Positions 28,518 through 37,203 of a stretch of DNA of 39,693 bases are shown in pieces (the stretch's first letter is position 1; each line of letters starts with the position of its first letter). The notes beneath the pieces were generated by a model that searched no databases, was not told the DNA's origin, and worked only from the letters and a program-made list of their open reading frames with translations. A program made the position numbers and the translations under genes. This DNA comes from Frankiales bacterium (GTDB taxonomy: Bacteria > Actinomycetota > Actinomycetes > Mycobacteriales > SCTD01). The stretch spans positions 1 through 39,693 of the forward strand of contig JAOPVV010000056.1 of NCBI GenBank assembly GCA_025966005.1, in the 5' to 3' direction.

Positions 28518-30256
28518 CCCGTCAGGGCCGGGACCGCCGCGACGGTGACCGTGCCCGCGGTGCCGTCCACCGTCAGGAGCATGCCGTCGGTGAGGACGGC
28601 CGTGGCGCCGGTGACGGACAGGACGCAGGGCAGGCCCACCTCCCGGGAGACGACCACCGCATGGCTGTTGAGCGCGCCCATGTCGACGACGACAGCACCC
28701 GCGACGAGGAACAGCGGGGTCCACGCCGCGTCGGTGAGCGGTGCGACCAGGACGTCCCCGGGCTCGAGGGCGACGGCGTCCGCGAGGTCCTTGATGACGC
28801 GCGCCGGGCCCGTGTAGCTGCCGGCGCTGCCACCGACACCCGTGAGGACCGTCCCCTCGGCCGCCGCGGCCTCGCGGTCGCGCGCGCGCCGCTTCCACTG
28901 CGTCAGCGGGGGGAGGTCCGCGGCGATGATGAACGGCGGCTCGACCTCGAACAGCGACCGGTAGCCGGCGAGCCGCTCGACGATGACGTCGGTGAAGGCG
29001 GCCGGGTCGGCGACGTACCGGTCGAGCTCGTCGGCCAGCAGCATCATGACGTCCTCGGGCTCGCTGAGCCGGCCCGCCTCGACACCCCGGCGGCCCAGCT
29101 CGCGCAGCGCCAGCCGCACCTCGTTGACGACGACGACGGCGTTGGCCTTGGTCTGCTCGCGCAGCGGGATGGTGTCCTTCGCCGAGCGCAGGCCCAGCTC
29201 GAGGGTCGCGAGCTTCGCCTCGTCCCCGCCGATCGCCTGCTGCAGCTCCTCGGCGGCGGCCCTGCGCCGCGCCGTCAGGCGCTCGGCACGCGACGTGGGC
29301 GAGCCGTCGTCGGCGCTGTGCCGCAGCGTGTCCACGTGGGCCAGCGCCTGGACCGGGTCGGCGTCCCACGACCGGGCGCGGACGTCCCACTCGTTCGGGC
29401 CGCGCATGCCGTACTCGGACAGGAAGCCGTCGAAGGCCCAGCGCAAGTGCGCCAGGTCGCCGCCCTCCGCGCCGGGCAGGGCTGCGGCCACCGCCGCGGC
29501 GCCCTGGTCGAACAGCGCGCTCAGCTCCTCCGACCCGTTGACGGTGCGCGACAGGTCCCACAGCCCGGACGACGGCGAGGCCGACTCCACGTCACCGAGG
29601 CCGGAGATGAGGTCGAGGAGTAGCTCGGGGCGACCGGCGTCGGCGCACAGCTGCGCCACCATCGCCTGCCCGACCGTGGAGGCGAGGGAGGAGTAGTCGT
29701 GGCGTGCGAAGGCGTTGTCCAGCTCCCCGAGGAACGAGCGTGCGTGCGCCACCAGCTGGGCCTCGGTCAGCGCCGACAGGTCGGGCCGGTCGCGACGGAG
29801 CGCCCGGACCCGCAGGGCGTCCTCGTCGATCTCCTGGAACTCCGTGCGCTGCAGGACGTCGCCGATGGTGGCGGCCGACCGCTCGCTGCACGCCGGGTCC
29901 AGGTCGTCCGGGTGCGGCTCGTACGGCGGGGCGTCGGGGTGCGACCCGAGCAGCGCGGCGTCGAACTGCTCCACAGTCATGCCCATCCGCAGGCCCATGA
30001 GGCGCATGTGCGACAGGTTCAGGTAGAAGTAGCCGCCGAAGAGCCCCGCGACCGGCGGCGGGTCGTCGGGCAGCTCCCCCTCGGCGTAGACGCCGAACTC
30101 GACGAAGCCGCGCAGCCACCCCTTGAGCAGCCCCTGCTCGAAGACCAGCGACCAGCCGAGCGGGCTGCACGGGTCGGGCAGCACCTCACCGGCGTTCGCG
30201 CGGGTGTAGTACGGCAGCCGGTCCCAGCGCTGCGAGTCGGTGATCCATCGGTCCAC
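28514..30256 (-). CDS. PEP-utilising-enzyme mobile (swivel phospho-His) domain protein, RPH/PEP-synthase-like, lacking an ATP-grasp domain
   Basis: The 580-aa product has a C-terminal swivel domain (GPARVIKDL..GDVLVAPLTDAAWTPLF..AVVVDMGALNSHAVVVSREVGLPCV). The N-terminal roughly 450 aa is helical, begins RANAGEVLPDPCSPLGWS, and has no GGKGxNL-type motif. Confidence 0.85.
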   Translation of the reverse strand: MDRWITDSQRWDRLPYYTRANAGEVLPDPCSPLGWSLVFEQGLLKGWLRGFVEFGVYAEGELPDDPPPVAGLFGGYFYLNLSHMRLMGLRMGMTVEQFDAALLGSHPDAPPYEPHPDDLDPACSERSAATIGDVLQRTEFQEIDEDALRVRALRRDRPDLSALTEAQLVAHARSFLGELDNAFARHDYSSLASTVGQAMVAQLCADAGRPELLLDLISGLGDVESASPSSGLWDLSRTVNGSEELSALFDQGAAAVAAALPGAEGGDLAHLRWAFDGFLSEYGMRGPNEWDVRARSWDADPVQALAHVDTLRHSADDGSPTSRAERLTARRRAAAEELQQAIGGDEAKLATLELGLRSAKDTIPLREQTKANAVVVVNEVRLALRELGRRGVEAGRLSEPEDVMMLLADELDRYVADPAAFTDVIVERLAGYRSLFEVEPPFIIAADLPPLTQWKRRARDREAAAAEGTVLTGVGGSAGSYTGPARVIKDLADAVALEPGDVLVAPLTDAAWTPLFLVAGAVVVDMGALNSHAVVVSREVGLPCVLSVTGATAVLTDGMLLTVDGTAGTVTVAAVPALTG

Positions 30257-30304
30257 AGGTCGTTCCTCTCGTGCCGTGCAGGCGGGATCCGGGAAGGAGG
30301 GGGC

Positions 30305-31171
30305 TCACCAGGGCGACGTGCCGCCGTCGACGTTGATGAGCGCCCCGGTCACACCACCGCCGTGCTCGCTGGCGAGCCAGACCGCCGCGGCGGCGACCTC
30401 CTCGACCGTGTTGAGGCGCTTGATCATCGACTCGTCGGCGTAGCCCTGCAGGAACGCCTCGTAGGTGCTCCCCATGGCCTTGGCGGCCGCGGGGCCCGCG
30501 GCCTTCATGAGGTCGGTCTCGACCGCGCCGGGGCAGATGGCGTTGCAGGTGATGCCCTGCTGCGCGTACTCGAAGGCGACGGCCTTCGTGAGGCCGTTGA
30601 TCGCGTGCTTGTTGGTGATGTAGTGGCTGACGGCCGGCTTGTTGGCCATCTTGCCCTCGACCGAGGAGATGTTGATGACGCGGCCCCAGCCGCCCTCGGT
30701 CATGTAGCGCAGCGCGCGGCGCGTCCCCCAGAAGTAGCTGTTCAGGTTCCAGTCGAGGGCCTTCTGCCAGGCCTCGTCGGAGAGGTCGCCCACCAGCGCC
30801 CAGCCGTCGGTCCCACCGACGTTGTTCACGATGATGTCGAGCCGGCCGTAGCGCTCGTACGTGAAGTCGACCAGGGCCTCGACCTGGTCCTGCTTGAGGG
30901 CGTCGCAGACCAGGAAGTCGGCGCGCTCGCCCGCGCCCATCTCCGCGAGCGCCTCCTTGCCCTTGTCCTCGGAGCGGCCGCTGACGACCACCGAGGCCCC
31001 TTCGTCGAGGAACGCCTCCGCGATGCCACGGCCGATGCTGCGCGTGCTTGCCGTGATGACCGCGACCCGACCCTCGAGCTTGGGGGGCCGGGCCCGGACC
31101 CGGGTGGCGAGCGCGTCGCCGGCGACGCCGCTCGAGATCTCGTCGACGTCCGTGGTACCGCCTCCGCTCAT
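30305..31171 (-). CDS. SDR family oxidoreductase
   Basis: ATG 31169-31171 follows GAGGAGGG. The product contains GRVAVITASTRSIGRGIA and YITNKHAINGLTK. It is paralogous to the 25112 gene. Confidence 0.88.
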   Translation of the reverse strand: MSGGGTTDVDEISSGVAGDALATRVRARPPKLEGRVAVITASTRSIGRGIAEAFLDEGASVVVSGRSEDKGKEALAEMGAGERADFLVCDALKQDQVEALVDFTYERYGRLDIIVNNVGGTDGWALVGDLSDEAWQKALDWNLNSYFWGTRRALRYMTEGGWGRVINISSVEGKMANKPAVSHYITNKHAINGLTKAVAFEYAQQGITCNAICPGAVETDLMKAAGPAAAKAMGSTYEAFLQGYADESMIKRLNTVEEVAAAAVWLASEHGGGVTGALINVDGGTSPW

Positions 31172-31229
31172 CAGGTGCCCTCCTCTGTCGCTCGCCCCTG
31201 GCCGGTGTGACCCGCGCCATTGCTCTCGG

Positions 31230-31258
31230 ATCCTTATCGAAACAGCAGGACGAGTCAA
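31230..31258 (-). promoter_or_regulatory. Candidate internal promoter TTGACT-N17-AAGGAT ahead of the SDR gene
   Basis: Read on the minus strand. The -35 hexamer lies inside the 16-mer GTCAAGTAAGTGCCGG (31254-31269, plus strand) and overlaps the P450 stop codon. Confidence 0.35.
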
Positions 31259-32436
31259 GTAAGTGCCGGCGGGCTGGACGCCCGGCCGTGCACGGCGACC
31301 GGCAGGTGGGCGATGCCGCGCAGGACGAAGCAGCAAAGACGCGGCCTCCGTCCGGGCCAGGACGTCGCCCACGCAGGGGTGGATGCCCTGTCCGAAGGCC
31401 AGGTGCTGGCGCTGGTCCGGCCGTCCGGGCCGGAACTCGTCCGGGTCCGCGAAGACCGTCGCGTCGCGGTTCGCCGAGCCGAAGGCCAGGAAGACGACCG
31501 CGCCCTCGGGCAGGTCGACCCGGGCGAGCGTGGTCGGGCGGGTGACCCCCGGAACATCCCCTGGGCCGGGCTCGCCAGCCGGAGGCCCTCCTCGACCACG
31601 GCCGCGACCCGGGACGGGTCGTCGCGCAGCCGCGCCCACTCGTCGGGCCGCTCACTGAGCCGCAGCACGAGGTCGGTCACCAGCGTGGTCGTCGTCTCGT
31701 TCCCGGCGACGACCAGCTCGCGCACCAGCCACACCAGCTCGACGTCGGTGAGCGCCCCCTCCTCCGGGTGCGGCGCCACCAGGCTGCTCAGCAGGTCGTC
31801 GGCCGGCTGCTCCCGTCGGCGACCGAGCTCCTCCACGATCCGCTGCTGGTAGTCCAGGTCGTCCCGCGCGACCTGCAGCCACCGCTCGGGGGGCATCGCC
31901 GAGGCGCCGAGCGAGGCGGTGGCCGCGTCGGACCAGCGCGCGACGTCGTCGCGCCAGGAGTCGGGCAGCCCGAGGATGCGCGAGATCGTCCAGATCGGGA
32001 GCGGCCGCGCCAGCGAGGCGACGGCGTCGACGGTCCCGTGCTGCGGCAGTGCCGCGGCCAGCTCGCCCGCCGCTGCCACGACCTGCGGCTCCATCCAGCG
32101 CAGGGACCGCGCCGTGAAGGCCCGGGCGACGAGCTTGCGGTACCGCGTGTGGGCCGGGGGGTCGTTGAGACCGAGGGCCGGCAGGTAGGGCAGGCCCTCG
32201 GCGCGGATCGCCGCCACCTCGTCGGCGACCTCGGGCGGCGGAGCGGTCCGGCGACCCGTGTGCACGGCGTTGGAGTACGTCTCCGGGTCCCGCAGGACCT
32301 CGCGGACCAGGGCCATCGTCGTGACCATCCAGAACCCGTGGTCGGCGACCTGGGCGACCGGCGCGGACGCCCGCAGCGCGGCGTAGACCGGGTGGGGGTC
32401 CTGCTGGAACGCGACGGCGTACGGGTCGACGGGCAC
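31255..32436 (-). pseudogene. Cytochrome P450, apparently disrupted: the heme-Cys loop is encoded out of frame and the C-terminus is shortened
   Basis: The frame starting at 32436 gives P450 hallmarks (AGNETTT I-helix, EEGLR ExxR) up to ..SPAQGMFRG. The continuation VTRPTTLARVDLPEGAVVFLAFGSANRD...FGQGIHPCVGDVLARTE is found only in the other frame (ORF 30305..31639). The switch occurs at a C5/G5 run at 31545-31549. The tail VLRGIAHLPVAV is back in the first frame. Confidence 0.6.
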
Positions 32437-32447
32437 CGTGCCCGTGC

Positions 32448-33641
32448 TCAGCCGAGCTGCTCCGCGATGGCGCGGTGGAAGTGCTGCACGCCCGGCTCGT
32501 TGCGGCCGAACACGAACTCCTGCTCGGCCATCGCGGCGAGACCTCGCTGGATCGCGAAGCCCGCCCCGTAGTCCTCGTCGAGCACGACGTCGTGGAACCA
32601 GTCGCGGGTGTGGTCGGCGGCCTTGCGCTCCTGGTCGTCAGCCGGCTCGTGCCGCAGCAGGATGTGCTGCTCGGTGCGAGAGCTGTCCCAGGTGCTGCCC
32701 GGGAGCACGAACGACACCGCGACCTGCTCGCGCCACCCGCCGGCGATCGCCAACCCGGGGAACAGCCAGTAGATGGCTCCGACGCAGGTCGTCGGGTCCC
32801 GCTCCTCCTCCGGTGCCTCGGCGGCCTCCGCGATGGCCCGCAGCGCGAAGGCGTTGCGCTGGTGCGGGCCCCAGCTGTCGAAGGCGGCCATGTTGGACAG
32901 GTTGGTCCGGAAGACGGTCGTGCGGTGCAGCGAGGCGAAGTGGTAGCCCTCCAGGTAGCCGTCGACGACGACCTTCCAGTTCGGGCCCTCGAGGATGCGG
33001 GTGGAGTGGTGGTAGCAGCTCGCCAGGTCGAGCGCGCCGAGCAACTCGAGCAGCTCGGGTCCGAGCCAGGTGTCGAGGTCGAGCTCCGCCGTGCGGTCCA
33101 GCGACACGAACACGATCCCGGCCCGTTCGTCGACCGGCAGCGTCAGCAGGCCCATCGCGCCCTTGTCCACCGGGCCGAACGTCTCCTCGCCGTAGACACC
33201 GGTGAGGCAGCCGGCCAGGTCGTACGACCAGGCGTGGTAGGGGCACGTGAAGCGGCGGGTGGTGCCCGTGCCCTCCGGCACGAGCTCCCCTCCGCGGTGC
33301 CGGCAGGCGTTCACGACGGCGCGCAGCGAGCCGTCGCGCTGGCGCGTGATGATGACCGGCATGCCGACGGCGTCGACGGCCTTGTAGCTGCCGGCGGCCG
33401 GGAGCTCGCACGACAGCGCCAGGGGCAGCGGGACCGTGCGGTGCACCGCCTGCAGCTCCCGCTCCCACAGCTGCGGGTCCTGGTAGTTGGCGACCGGTTC
33501 GCGCCACTGCTCCGGCACCATGTCCGTCGAGGTCGCCCGGTAGTGGTCGACCAGGCGCGCCATGACGTCGTAGGCGTCCTTGCGCACCACGTCGCTCGAG
33601 AAGCGGACGCCCGAGGCGTAGCGAGGGGTGGTGGCGGTCAT
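32448..33641 (-). CDS. Rieske [2Fe-2S] non-heme-iron oxygenase, alpha subunit (no beta subunit nearby)
   Basis: The Rieske motif is CRHRGGELV...CPYHAWSY. The mononuclear iron motif is DGYLEGYHFASLH. Confidence 0.9.
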   Translation of the reverse strand: MTATTPRYASGVRFSSDVVRKDAYDVMARLVDHYRATSTDMVPEQWREPVANYQDPQLWERELQAVHRTVPLPLALSCELPAAGSYKAVDAVGMPVIITRQRDGSLRAVVNACRHRGGELVPEGTGTTRRFTCPYHAWSYDLAGCLTGVYGEETFGPVDKGAMGLLTLPVDERAGIVFVSLDRTAELDLDTWLGPELLELLGALDLASCYHHSTRILEGPNWKVVVDGYLEGYHFASLHRTTVFRTNLSNMAAFDSWGPHQRNAFALRAIAEAAEAPEEERDPTTCVGAIYWLFPGLAIAGGWREQVAVSFVLPGSTWDSSRTEQHILLRHEPADDQERKAADHTRDWFHDVVLDEDYGAGFAIQRGLAAMAEQEFVFGRNEPGVQHFHRAIAEQLG

Positions 33642-33653
33642 GCGGTCCTCCGG

Positions 33654-33989
33654 TCAGGCGGGGGTGGGGGCCGATCCCATGGGCCGGGAGACGGCGACGG
33701 TCGAGTGGGTCATCGACCGGCCGGTGCGGGTGAGCGGGGCGATCGCCTCGCGCAGCCGAGCGACGTGCGGCAGGGTCAGGTGCGCGGTCAGCGACGCGTC
33801 GCTGTCCCAGTGCTCGAAGACGCGGACGCGGCCTGGCAGGTCCGGGTCCGGCGCGAACGAGTAGTCGAGGCACCCGGGCTCCTGGCGCGTCGCGGCGACG
33901 ACCTGCGAGAAGTGGCGCAACGCCTGCTCGCGGTCCTCCGGCGTGAAGTCCATCCAGCCGAAAATGACCACCTCCGCGTCGTCGCTCAT
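33654..33989 (-). CDS. Antibiotic-biosynthesis-monooxygenase (ABM)/dimeric alpha-beta-barrel family protein
   Basis: ATG 33987-33989 overlaps the upstream stop (ATGA). The 111-aa product contains VVIFGWMDFTPEDREQAL..EPGCLDYSF..VFEHWDSDASLTAH. Confidence 0.68.
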   Translation of the reverse strand: MSDDAEVVIFGWMDFTPEDREQALRHFSQVVAATRQEPGCLDYSFAPDPDLPGRVRVFEHWDSDASLTAHLTLPHVARLREAIAPLTRTGRSMTHSTVAVSRPMGSAPTPA

Positions 33990-35116
33990 GCGTCGAGCAT
34001 CTGCTGCACGACCGAGTGGAAGTGCGTGATCTTGCACTCGTGGTCGTTGAAGCGGTTAGTGGTGTAGGCGGACGACCTGCGGGCCGCGCTGACCTCGTTG
34101 TAGATCTCGACGTCCTCGGAGACGACGACCTTCAGCCGCTCCCAGTGCCTGGTGACCGCGTCGAGGTACTCGACGTCGCCCTGCGGGTCGTACTGCAGCT
34201 CCCACGTCTCGAAGCGGGTGCGGTCGACCGCGAGCGGTACCGCCCGGAAGAGCTGGATGTGGCTCGGGTTGTTGTTGAACACCGACGTCGGGAACACCGT
34301 GTAGTGGCAGATCGCCAGGCTCTGGTGGTCGCGGGTCTCCTTCAGCTTGGGCAGCACCCCCTTGTACGGCACGACCATCATCCCGTGGGGCCCGAACCAC
34401 GCGAACGTGCTCTCGCGGCCGTCCTTGGCGTCCTGCGCCGACACCTTGTGCAGGGCGGGCGCGTGGTAGTTCTCGTTGAAGCCGTCGATGACGACCTTCC
34501 AGTTGACCTCGAGCTCCCAGGTCAGCTTGTCGATGAGGAGCATGTCCTGCATGCGGTAGACCCCGAGGTCCTGCACCAGGTCCTCGCCCAGGAACTCCAG
34601 GAGGGGCGGGGCGACGCCGGGACCGGCGAGGACGGCCCAGACCCAGCCGCCCCACTCGTCGCACTCCACCGGGGGCGAGGCCAGACCGTCGACCTGCGCC
34701 GCGCAGAAGTCCTCGCGGTCCGGGACGCCGATGACGTTGCCCTCGTGGTCGTAGGTCCAGTTGTGCCAGCGGCACGCGAAGCGCCGAGCGCCCTTGCCGG
34801 ACTCCTTGACGATGCGCGCGCCGCGGTGCATGCAGACGTTGTGGAAGCCGGCCACACCGCCGTCGCGACGGCGGGTGACGACGATGGTCTCGCCGTGCCC
34901 CTCCCACACCACGTGGTCGCCGGGCGCCTCGATCTCCGACGAGCGGCAGATGATCTGCCAGCTGCGGTTGAGGACCTTCGTGCGCTCGAGCTCGAAGCGC
35001 TCGGGGTCCAGGTAGACCGACACGTCGAGGTCGGAGGGCTCCGCGCCCTCGGGCAGCAGCGGCACGCCCTCACCGTGCCGGAGAGGTGCGTCTCCTCGGG
35101 TCGGGACGAAGACCAC
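33986..35116 (-). CDS. Rieske [2Fe-2S] non-heme-iron oxygenase, alpha subunit
   Basis: The Rieske motif is CMHRGARIV...CRWHNWTY. The iron motif is DGFNENYHAPALH. I prefer GTG 35116 (5 nt after AGGAGG) over the TTG at 35185, which lies inside the putative promoter. Confidence 0.86.
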   Translation of the reverse strand: MVFVPTRGDAPLRHGEGVPLLPEGAEPSDLDVSVYLDPERFELERTKVLNRSWQIICRSSEIEAPGDHVVWEGHGETIVVTRRRDGGVAGFHNVCMHRGARIVKESGKGARRFACRWHNWTYDHEGNVIGVPDREDFCAAQVDGLASPPVECDEWGGWVWAVLAGPGVAPPLLEFLGEDLVQDLGVYRMQDMLLIDKLTWELEVNWKVVIDGFNENYHAPALHKVSAQDAKDGRESTFAWFGPHGMMVVPYKGVLPKLKETRDHQSLAICHYTVFPTSVFNNNPSHIQLFRAVPLAVDRTRFETWELQYDPQGDVEYLDAVTRHWERLKVVVSEDVEIYNEVSAARRSSAYTTNRFNDHECKITHFHSVVQQMLDA

Positions 35117-35173
35117 GGGACCTCCTGGGAGCGCGTCGGGAGCGGCAGGTCGAGCGACGTGACGTTGCGCGCG

Positions 35174-35202
35174 AGCGTCGCTCAATGCGGAGACGGAGTC
35201 AA
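35174..35202 (-). promoter_or_regulatory. Candidate internal promoter TTGACT-N17-GACGCT
   Basis: Read on the minus strand. ACTTGACTC is shared with the 31230..31258 element and directly abuts the TAA stop of the upstream gene. Confidence 0.33.
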
Positions 35203-35203
35203 G

Positions 35204-36226
35204 TTACTGCGGCTGCGGTGACTCCTCCTCCAGCAGCCGGCGCACGATCGAGTGGGCCTTGACCGAGGCGATGTCGGCGGCGGCGTTGACCGGACGGGGG
35301 GCGCCGTCACGGTCGAGGGTCGCCTGGATCGCCTCGAGCAGCGGCTGGTCCTCGAGCATCGTGCGCTCGTGGACGCGCCGCAGGCTCTCCGAGGCGAGGG
35401 CGTCGTCGGTGGCGTAGTCCCGCGCGACCTGCCAGAGCACCCGCGTGGTCGACCCGTCGACCGGTGTGAAGGCCCGTACGAAGACCGTCCGGTAGCTGCG
35501 CTCGGGGCCCACGATCTCCATGTGGTCGACGTGCAGCGCCGGCGAGACGAACACGCCCGACTCCCGCTGGACGCACAGCACGTCCGGCGGCAGGCCGGTC
35601 GCCGCGCTCTGCCAGGCGGTCAGCGGTCCGGCGGGGAAGTCGCGTGCGTACGAGACCGACGTCTCCGAGACCTCCACCTTCAGCGGCGGCTCGGCCTCGA
35701 GGTAGCCGCGGTGCGCGGTGTCCGGGTGGACGAACGCGAAGTGCGTCCGGTCCAGGGCGTTCTCGTGCAGGAGCAGGTAGCCGCTCGCCACCGTCAGCTC
35801 GCCGCCGAGCGAGGACCAGGCCGGGTCCTCCAGCCACGGCATCCGCGGCACGGCCGACCCGGCCGACCGCCGCGGGTTGCCCAGCCACACCCACACGTAC
35901 GTCCCTGCCTCGCGCACCGGGTAGCTCGCGACGCGCGCGCCGAACGGCACGTTGTCCTGCGACGGCACGTCGACGCAGGCACCCGTCGCGTCGTAGGCGA
36001 AGCCGTGGTAGCGGCAGACGACCCGGTCCGCGACCAGGCTGCCCATCGACAGCGGTAGCGCGCGGTGCGCGCAGCGGTCCTCGAGCGCGACGACGGTGCC
36101 GGCGCCGTCGCGGTAGAGCAGGACCTGCCGACCCAGCAGCCTGCGGCTGGTGAGCTCGCTCCCGACGTCCGCGGCCGACGCCGCGACGTACCAGCAGTCG
36201 AGCGGGTAGTCGCGGGCCGCGCTCAC
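35204..36226 (-). CDS. Rieske oxygenase, VanA/phthalate-family (class IA) oxygenase component
   Basis: A GTG start overlaps the reductase stop (GTGA). The product contains CWYVAASAADV, the Rieske motif CAHRALPLS...CRYHGFAY, and the iron motif NALDRTHFAFVH. Confidence 0.88.
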   Translation of the reverse strand: MSAARDYPLDCWYVAASAADVGSELTSRRLLGRQVLLYRDGAGTVVALEDRCAHRALPLSMGSLVADRVVCRYHGFAYDATGACVDVPSQDNVPFGARVASYPVREAGTYVWVWLGNPRRSAGSAVPRMPWLEDPAWSSLGGELTVASGYLLLHENALDRTHFAFVHPDTAHRGYLEAEPPLKVEVSETSVSYARDFPAGPLTAWQSAATGLPPDVLCVQRESGVFVSPALHVDHMEIVGPERSYRTVFVRAFTPVDGSTTRVLWQVARDYATDDALASESLRRVHERTMLEDQPLLEAIQATLDRDGAPRPVNAAADIASVKAHSIVRRLLEEESPQPQ

Positions 36227-37203
36227 AGGTCCAGCACCAGACGGGGGCCGTTCGCACGGGACACGCAGATCATCATGAAGTCACCAGCCGCCTTCTCGTC
36301 CTCGCTGAGCAACGAGTCCCGGTGGTCCGGCTCGCCCTCGACCACCGCCGTCTCGCAGGTCCCGCAGACGCCCTCGAGGCAGGACGACAGCGCCGGGACC
36401 CCTGCGTCCTGCACGACCTCGAGGATCGACCGGTCCTCGGGCACGGTGACCGTGATGCCGGACCGCTGGCAGATGACCTCGAACGACGTGGACACCGCCG
36501 CGGAGTCCACCGGCTTGGCGGAGAACCGCTCGACGTGCAGGCTCCCGGCGGGCCAGGCGGCGCACCGCCCCTCCACCGCCTGCAGCAGCCCCTCCGGTCC
36601 GCAGGTGTACACCAGCGCGTCCGGCTGCGGGCGACCGAGGATCCCGTCGAGGTCGAGCATCCCCCGCTCGTCCTCCGGCCAGACGACGACGCGGTCGCCG
36701 TACGCGGCGAGCTCGTCGAGGAAGCCCATCGACGCACGGGTGCGGCCGCCGTAGGACAGCGTCCACTGCGCGCCGGCGGCGTCGGCCTCCGCGATCATCG
36801 GGAGCAGCGGCGTGATTCCGATGCCCCCCGCCACGAAGACGTAGGTCGGCGCGCCGACCAGGGGGAAGTTGTTGCGCGGCCCGCGCACGGACAGCCGGCT
36901 CCGGGGCGCCAGGGCCTCGTGGACGTGCCTGGACCCGCCGCGGCTGGCGGGGTCGAGCAGCACGCCGATCCGCCAGGAGGAGCGGTCGGACGGCGAGCCG
37001 CACAGCGAGTACTGCCGGGTCAGCTCCGGGGTCAGCAGCAGGTCGACGTGCGCCCCGGGGGTCCAGGCCGGCAGCTCGCCGCCGTCGGGGGCGGCGAGGA
37101 GCAGGCTGATGACGCCGTCCGCCACGTCGGTGCGCGAGACCACCTCGAGCTCGCTGACGTGCTCGGTGTAGACGGTGGTGATCGCCGTGGAGGACGCCGT
37201 CAT
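36223..37203 (-). CDS. PDR/VanB-family oxidoreductase (FMN/NAD-binding reductase with a C-terminal plant-type [2Fe-2S] ferredoxin)
   Basis: ATG 37201-37203 overlaps the upstream stop (ATGA). The product contains RQYSL, VAGGIGITPLL and the C-terminal cluster motif CLEGVCGTCET. Confidence 0.9.
   Translation of the reverse strand: MTASSTAITTVYTEHVSELEVVSRTDVADGVISLLLAAPDGGELPAWTPGAHVDLLLTPELTRQYSLCGSPSDRSSWRIGVLLDPASRGGSRHVHEALAPRSRLSVRGPRNNFPLVGAPTYVFVAGGIGITPLLPMIAEADAAGAQWTLSYGGRTRASMGFLDELAAYGDRVVVWPEDERGMLDLDGILGRPQPDALVYTCGPEGLLQAVEGRCAAWPAGSLHVERFSAKPVDSAAVSTSFEVICQRSGITVTVPEDRSILEVVQDAGVPALSSCLEGVCGTCETAVVEGEPDHRDSLLSEDEKAAGDFMMICVSRANGPRLVLDL

Noticed and set aside
30305-31639. A 444-aa ORF that fuses the SDR to upstream sequence.
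   Set aside because: The N-terminal portion is the out-of-frame P450 heme-loop segment followed by intergenic read-through. The SDR has its own ATG at 31171 with a strong RBS.
35117-35185. A TTG start at 35185 for the second Rieske oxygenase, as given by the ORF track.
   Set aside because: The TTG has no RBS and lies inside the proposed TTGACT-N17-GACGCT promoter. GTG 35116 has AGGAGG at the optimal distance.
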